A stretch of DNA of 64,000 nucleotides from Candidatus Atribacteria bacterium UBA6794 (GTDB lineage Bacteria > Atribacterota > Phoenicimicrobiia > Phoenicimicrobiales > Stramentimicrobiaceae), in the NCBI GenBank assembly GCA_002452835.1, contig DKFO01000072.1, positions 9,902 to 73,901 on the forward strand, read 5' to 3'. Both the position numbers and the translations under genes were made by a program. Below the pieces are notes generated by a model, which did not search any database, was not told where the DNA came from, and was given only the letters and a program-made list of their open reading frames with translations. This document shows, piece by piece, positions 59,196-64,000 of this stretch. The number at the start of each line of letters is the position of its first letter. Within the stretch, counting starts at the first letter, position 1.

Positions 59196-59849
59196 TCAAT
59201 AATAATTTACAGTCCTGATAAAATAGGCTCGTGGAAAATGTCTTAACAGCAAATCAGCCTCCTTGCGGTCTAATTCATATTCTAAACCAACAATCTCTGT
59301 ATTTCTTACTTCACAGGAAGTTGTAAAATATTTTTGCACATATTCACCTAAATAGGGACTGATTAGATTGGAAATTAAGAGAGCAATTAAGATATAAAAA
59401 ATACTTATTATCCCGGTAGCAATCAGTAAAATTAAAAATATCAAGGCAGTCACAAAATTGGCAATGGCTATATCGGTCCCACAACGTCGGTGAATTGCTA
59501 AGTGACAATTACCCTGCTTTAATAAGTTTAAACCCTGCAAGGCTGCTCTTTCTATCAATTCCGGATTTTGTATTCCAGCAATGTAGAAGCCGTCTTCCCG
59601 GGATAAACCAGAAATATTTAAATGAGACCCGGCCCATTCTTCTAATACATTTATGGTAGCATGTTCAATGGCATGATTTCTCCTTAAATTTTGACTGCGG
59701 GCGATCTTCCAGATTTGGCCAGGGACCGTAATCAGGTTAATAAAAGAATAAATAGTAAAACCGTAGGGTAAAAAAATCAGGGCAATAATAAAAAAGAAGA
59801 ATAAGGGCATTAAAAATAAATATATTAATATTAATAATAGAAAAAACAA
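59196..59849 (-). CDS. hypothetical polytopic membrane protein
   Basis: Two hydrophobic N-terminal helices, a conserved-looking NHAIEHATINVLEE segment, and further TM helices. 217 aa. Confidence 0.45.
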   Translation of the reverse strand: MFFLLLILIYLFLMPLFFFFIIALIFLPYGFTIYSFINLITVPGQIWKIARSQNLRRNHAIEHATINVLEEWAGSHLNISGLSREDGFYIAGIQNPELIERAALQGLNLLKQGNCHLAIHRRCGTDIAIANFVTALIFLILLIATGIISIFYILIALLISNLISPYLGEYVQKYFTTSCEVRNTEIVGLEYELDRKEADLLLRHFPRAYFIRTVNYY

Positions 59850-60013
59850 TTTTAGAAACCTTCCTTCTTATTAATATTTCAATCTTCTTACCAAAAATCA
59901 TTCCCATAATAATAGTTATCTCAAAAGCTGTCAACCCAAATAAGAAAAGATAATTTTATTCTTCAGAGTTGTGAAAAGATGGATTTCCATTTAAGATTAA
60001 GATTGCCCCAAGA

Positions 60014-60215
60014 TATTCAGGGGAGGTATCCCCTGAAACCCCTCAATTATTAGTATTGAGTATCTAGTATTCAGTATATAGTTTAAATGTTAGTTAAAAA
60101 ATAAAGAAAATTCCTTTACCAAGAAAATCTGTCTTGTTTTGTAAACAAGATATGCAAGGGGGGAAATTTCCCTCTTAAGAGGGGTATCCCGAAGGGACGG
60201 GGCGTTCCCCTTGAA
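60014..60215. repeat. full copy (C) of the ~200 bp composite interspersed repeat
   Basis: Aligns with 22462-22662 (P1 palindrome, AGTAT iterations, ctgtcttgttttgtaaacaagat, ggggaaatttcccc, tcccgaaggga, ggggcgttcccc). Confidence 0.65.
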
Positions 60216-60420
60216 ATTTCCTTTATTCCCAGTTCAATCTTATTATTCTCACTAAGTAAAAAGAGTACATTACCCTTCCATATTTTGTCTTGTTAAATTT
60301 TTTATAACAAATCAATCCCTTATTTTAAGGTATCGAAATTATTGAAATTCCGATACCTTAAAATAGCCTTAAGGATGGAAATAAAAACGATCATAGGACA
60401 AAATAATATTTTCTAAAAAA

Positions 60421-61548
60421 TCAGGAAAAGGGGAATTGATATTGCTTAAGACCCAGTTCCTGCTGAATAGTTAATAGTTGCTTCTGCAGGTTTTTATTGA
60501 TGGGGGTACCTTTATCCTTTCTCTTAAGCCAGGCTAAGTACTCTTTTTCACCTGCCGTATAGATTCTTTCTGCACCAGGAGCTTTCTTAGAAGCGCGCAG
60601 AGTCCTTAGAATATCGCCAGTGGTTTTTTTAAATGAGGTTAAGTCAATAAAGGAGGAAATATTAATAGCCATAAAAAAATGTCCTAAATTAATGGGAACT
60701 TCTCTGCCATTCTCTAGACCAGAGAGCATCTTTAAAAATTTACTACCTGTTAAGGCTGCTGATAGTATCTCTACTACAGTAGCATATCCATATCCTTTAT
60801 AGCCAGCAGTTTCTTCCCCTATTCCTCCCAGGGGAACCAGGGCTGCCCTCCCCTTTTGAAAATCCTCCAGTATTTGATGAGGATTAGTTTTTGTCTTTCC
60901 ATCAATACCAATAACCCATCCTGCCGGTACTTCCTGCTCTGCCCTTTCATATAACTCAATTTTCCCCCTCTGTACTATAGAAGTAGCACAATCCAGACAA
61001 AAGGGGAATTGTTCATCAGTAGGCAGAGCAAAGGTCAGAGGATTGGTACCCAACATATTTTCTACTCCAAAGGTCGGGGCAATAGCAGGTCTGGCATTGG
61101 TACCAGTAAGACCAATCATCCCTGCCTCTGCTGCCATTAAGGCATAATAGCCAGCAATGCCATAGTGGGTAGAATTTTTGGCTACTACCATTCCCATGCC
61201 ATATTCTTTTGCTTTATCAATAGCTATCTGCATTGCTTTTTTAGCTATAACCATCCCCATACCATTATGACCGTCTACTACGGCGGTAGTGGGACCTTCT
61301 TTGGTAATCTCAAATTGAGTTTTGGGGGATTGAATGCCATTTTTTAGTCGATCATAGTAGATAGTTTTCAAACGACCAATCCCATGTGAATCAATGCCAC
61401 GTTTATCAGCAGTTATCAAAACATCAGCACATATTCGGGCCTCTTCTTCTGGTACTCCAACACCTCGAAAAGTATCAACCATAAAATTTTCTAAAGTATC
61501 AAAATCCACCCATACTACCTTTTCCTCCACAGTTGCTTCCTCCCTCAT
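60421..61548 (-). CDS. Ldh2-family dehydrogenase (second copy)
   Basis: Ldh_2 N-terminal pattern (ADVLITADKRGIDSHGI). Start placed at the internal Met (MREEATV); the ORF-track start at 61620 adds a hydrophobic 24 aa that is probably untranslated. Confidence 0.75.
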   Translation of the reverse strand: MREEATVEEKVVWVDFDTLENFMVDTFRGVGVPEEEARICADVLITADKRGIDSHGIGRLKTIYYDRLKNGIQSPKTQFEITKEGPTTAVVDGHNGMGMVIAKKAMQIAIDKAKEYGMGMVVAKNSTHYGIAGYYALMAAEAGMIGLTGTNARPAIAPTFGVENMLGTNPLTFALPTDEQFPFCLDCATSIVQRGKIELYERAEQEVPAGWVIGIDGKTKTNPHQILEDFQKGRAALVPLGGIGEETAGYKGYGYATVVEILSAALTGSKFLKMLSGLENGREVPINLGHFFMAINISSFIDLTSFKKTTGDILRTLRASKKAPGAERIYTAGEKEYLAWLKRKDKGTPINKNLQKQLLTIQQELGLKQYQFPFS

Positions 61549-61732
61549 TTTTATCTTTCTCCATTTAATTATAAATTTTAATAACTTTTTTACTATAACA
61601 AAAGTAAAAGGATATATCAATATAGTCGACGAAGCAATCTCCTCTATTTATACCCGAGACAATTAACTCCAAAAAGATTAATAAATTAACAGATAATAAT
61701 TCTCTTAACCTTTTTCTTTTTTTGCTCCTGAT

Positions 61733-61773
61733 GAAAAAACCCCACCAGTATTTTATATTTTATACTGGTGGGG
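61733..61773 (-). terminator. rho-independent terminator downstream of the moaD-like gene
   Basis: 11 bp GC-rich stem ccccaccagta/tactggtgggg with a 12 nt loop. On the minus strand it is followed by TTTTTTCAT. Confidence 0.6.
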
Positions 61774-61837
61774 TGTTGTCAATCAAACGAAGAATCGTCC
61801 CCTATTCTAACGTCCCCTGTTCTATTTGTTCTTCTGA

Positions 61838-62116
61838 CTATCCACCACCTGAGGGAGGGAATATAATCAGTTCATCACCGTCTTCCAATTTAGTAAGAAG
61901 ACCATCTAAAAACCTAATATTCCTTCCATTCTTTAAGATAAGGATAGCAGGTTTAATTTCCCCCGATTGGCTATCTATTATAGCCTCTACTCCCTCAGAC
62001 GGTAAATATAAAGGGGAGAGAAGCTCCTTTAAGAGAGCACCCTCTTTTAGCTCTACCTCTCTCTCTTTCCCCAGGACCTCCCTTAAGGTAGCAAAGGCCT
62101 TCACTTTTATCCTCAT
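61838..62116 (-). CDS. MoaD/ThiS-family sulfur-carrier-like protein (C-terminal Gly-Gly)
   Basis: 92 aa ending ...IIFPPSGGG. Ubiquitin-like beta-grasp size. Adjacent to AOR. Confidence 0.8.
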   Translation of the reverse strand: MRIKVKAFATLREVLGKEREVELKEGALLKELLSPLYLPSEGVEAIIDSQSGEIKPAILILKNGRNIRFLDGLLTKLEDGDELIIFPPSGGG

Positions 62117-62144
62117 TGATAATTATTTCCTTCCTATTTTCCTT

Positions 62145-63377
62145 TTAGAAGATAATATTTCTTACAGAGGGATGAATTACTGGATAAGTCATAGCCCCTT
62201 TTAGCAGTAAGTTTATTTTCCCGTTTACTGCTATTTGGTTTTTTAGCATAAAAAGGTAGACCCCCGGGTTATCTACTGCTCCTATAAATACAAAACCTAC
62301 CAGCCTGTTATCACGAACCAAGATTTTTCGGTATTCTCCGGCAAAATATTCCTTATAAACTTCAAACTTATCCTCGGTACTGATACCACCAGTAAAAATA
62401 TTTTGCCCAAATATAGTAAGTATATTTCTTGCTATTTCTTCCGGATAATCCAGCCTTCTTCCACCAGCCATATTTTCACCAGCAATTTTCCCTTGTTCTA
62501 TGGCTACTGGCCATAAGGCATGCATCCTCATATCATTATATACCAAATCCATACTTTCGGTAACATCGCCAGCGGCATAAACATATTCCACTGAAGTCTG
62601 CAAGTACTCATTAACTTCTACCCCTCGACCTATTTTTATTCCCGTATCTTTTAGAAAATCAACAGCAGGCTGCACCCCTTTACCCAAGACTATACAACTG
62701 CCTTTCAGAATTTTTCCGGATTCAAGAATCGCATAAGTTATGCCCTCTTTTTCTTCAACTTTTTTTATATTCTCACCAGTCAGTAATTCTATCCCTTTTT
62801 CTTTAGCACAACTTTCTATCACACTTGACCCTTCTTCGTCCAAAATTTGAGATAAAATTCTATTGGAACTCACTATAAAAACAGAAGGGATTCCTATCTT
62901 CCAAAGGGCATCAGCTATCTCACAATTAACCAGACCAGCCCCTGCTAATAAAACTTTCTTCTCTTTAGCATTTTTGATTCTTTCTTTAAGTCTGAATATA
63001 TCTTCCAAATTTCTTATAGTAAGGATAAGAGGTGAGCCTTTCTTTTCTACCTTAGGAATATAAGGACGAGCACCAGTAGCAATAAGTAGCCTATCATAGG
63101 AAAATTCCTCTCCGCTCTCTACCTCTACTGCCCTCCGGCCTTCTTTTAAAGCAACTACTTTTTTATTTAATAATAATTCTACTCCTTCGGGTATCCTTAA
63201 ATATAAATATTCCTCCTGGCTACATTCCCCGGATAAAAGGTAAGGGAGAGACATTTTACTGTAAGGTGGAGATTTTTCCTCCGATAAGACCATTATTTCT
63301 CCCTCTCCATCCAGTTCTCTTATTCTCTGTGCGGCGGATAAACCCGCCGCACTTGCTCCAATAACCAGATATTTCAT
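62145..63377 (-). CDS. FAD-dependent pyridine nucleotide-disulfide-family oxidoreductase (AOR-associated NAD(P)H-linked electron-transfer subunit candidate)
   Basis: N-terminal FAD motif YLVIGASAAGLSAA. Second dinucleotide motif LLAGAGLVNCEIADAL. GD motif YAAGDV. 410 aa. Its stop overlaps the AOR stop region by 2 bp. Confidence 0.8.
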   Translation of the reverse strand: MKYLVIGASAAGLSAAQRIRELDGEGEIMVLSEEKSPPYSKMSLPYLLSGECSQEEYLYLRIPEGVELLLNKKVVALKEGRRAVEVESGEEFSYDRLLIATGARPYIPKVEKKGSPLILTIRNLEDIFRLKERIKNAKEKKVLLAGAGLVNCEIADALWKIGIPSVFIVSSNRILSQILDEEGSSVIESCAKEKGIELLTGENIKKVEEKEGITYAILESGKILKGSCIVLGKGVQPAVDFLKDTGIKIGRGVEVNEYLQTSVEYVYAAGDVTESMDLVYNDMRMHALWPVAIEQGKIAGENMAGGRRLDYPEEIARNILTIFGQNIFTGGISTEDKFEVYKEYFAGEYRKILVRDNRLVGFVFIGAVDNPGVYLFMLKNQIAVNGKINLLLKGAMTYPVIHPSVRNIIF

Positions 63378-63378
63378 C

Positions 63379-64000
63379 TTAATCCACCATAAGCTCTAAT
63401 TCTTTTAGTTTTCCCTCGCCAGGAACACCATCATTATCCCAGCCTCTTACCTTATAATAATCAGCAAGCATCTTATCTAATTCCTCTATCTCCCCTTTAG
63501 AAGGACCACTCTTGATAGGCTCTTTCAAAATCCTGGGAGGGAGGGTGTCATCTTTTCTGCTAAATCCAGCCTTAAGATTAAATAACCTTTCCAGATTCCA
63601 GATTCTCTCTCCAATTTGCATAAATTCCTTTTCCCCCACTTGAAATCCCGTGGCTGTAGAGAGGAGCAAAGCAATATCTCCACCACCCAGGCCAAAAGTG
63701 GTAAAGAGGCAGATACCAGTAGAATCTAAGGCCGCAGTCAAATCCTGAAAAGTCTTTACTAATTCAGCCTTACCTTCATATTTTAAACGATCTACTGCCC
63801 CCGATAATACCTCGGCAGCAATAGTATATCCCCTAACATGACAGGCTCCTCGATTACTGGTAGCAAATTGTAAACCAATCCCTTTTACCCCTCTCGGATC
63901 ATAGGCAGGGAATTCTTGTTTTTTCACACTCATAGAAAGCTCGGGATGTTTATAATACTCGGCTAATCTATAGGAACCCTGGGCTAAAAGTTTACCTAAT
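63379..64000 (-). CDS. aor: aldehyde:ferredoxin oxidoreductase family (tungsten/molybdenum-pterin) enzyme, C-terminal part; the gene continues beyond the window end
   Basis: AOR C-terminal domain blocks (YDPRGVKGIGLQFATSNRGACH, GICLFTTFGLG, LADYYKVRGWD). The reading frame is open upstream of the first Met to position 64000. Confidence 0.8.
   Translation of the reverse strand, partial: LGKLLAQGSYRLAEYYKHPELSMSVKKQEFPAYDPRGVKGIGLQFATSNRGACHVRGYTIAAEVLSGAVDRLKYEGKAELVKTFQDLTAALDSTGICLFTTFGLGGGDIALLLSTATGFQVGEKEFMQIGERIWNLERLFNLKAGFSRKDDTLPPRILKEPIKSGPSKGEIEELDKMLADYYKVRGWDNDGVPGEGKLKELELMVD

Noticed and set aside
14736-60215. Possibility that the dispersed palindromic repeats form a CRISPR array
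   Set aside because: The repeats are not regularly spaced, are separated by kilobases of genes, differ in sequence class, and no cas genes are present.
61722-62204. 160 aa plus-strand ORF overlapping the MoaD-like gene
   Set aside because: The opposite-strand MoaD-like ORF has the diagnostic size and C-terminal Gly-Gly and fits the AOR operon context. The plus-strand ORF is Ser/Pro-rich low complexity without any motif.
1-64000. tRNA or rRNA genes
   Set aside because: No cloverleaf-compatible segments with a GTTCRANNC T-loop motif and no rRNA-like conserved blocks were recognised by eye. tRNAscan/Infernal would be needed for certainty.

Overview
This 64 kb window comes from a low-GC bacterium, roughly 35% GC by eye, with an anaerobic gene complement: a radical SAM enzyme, an AOR-family tungsten/molybdenum aldehyde oxidoreductase, TRAP transporters and a class II ribonucleotide reductase. 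Nearly all genes are on the minus strand.

Gene content, in order:
- A Type I restriction-modification operon in which hsdM and hsdS are fused into one ORF, next to hsdR, followed by two uncharacterised genes (259-6696).
- A radical SAM/SPASM enzyme paired with a TetR regulator (7072-9109).
- Housekeeping genes mnmG and folD, then a LysM/M23 peptidase and a TPR-lytic transglycosylase.
- A polar amino acid ABC transporter with a HisC-like aminotransferase and a YerC/TrpR-like regulator (17581-21988).
- A GT4 glycosyltransferase and glnS.
- A complete 11-gene aromatic amino acid supraoperon with two DAHP synthase paralogs and a structured leader (26257-36480).
- A TRAP-transporter-centred catabolic cluster: GntR, RraA-like, Ldh2-family, SDR, cupin, creatininase-family, DctPQM, Zn-ADH and a sugar-phosphate isomerase (36891-46653).
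- A small accessory islet: a hemolysin-III gene, a degraded Y1/HUH (RayT-like) transposase and a MazEF pair (47019-48778).
- A class II (B12-type) ribonucleotide reductase and an ABC-2 exporter.
- A second Ldh2-family gene, then a MoaD-like / FAD-oxidoreductase / AOR cluster that runs off the window end.

The most distinctive non-coding signal is a family of interspersed GC-rich palindromic repeats (REP-like). It includes a ~200 bp composite repeat in three copies and a ~1 kb ORF-free, repeat-dense region. These may be mechanistically linked to the transposase remnant.

The best candidates for something undescribed are:
- the two unknown genes (one a membrane/glycine-zipper protein) appended to the Type I RM operon;
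- the repeat family, which could be an sRNA or a MITE;
- the variant TRAP-dependent sugar-acid pathway.

No CRISPR array, rRNA or tRNA was identified.
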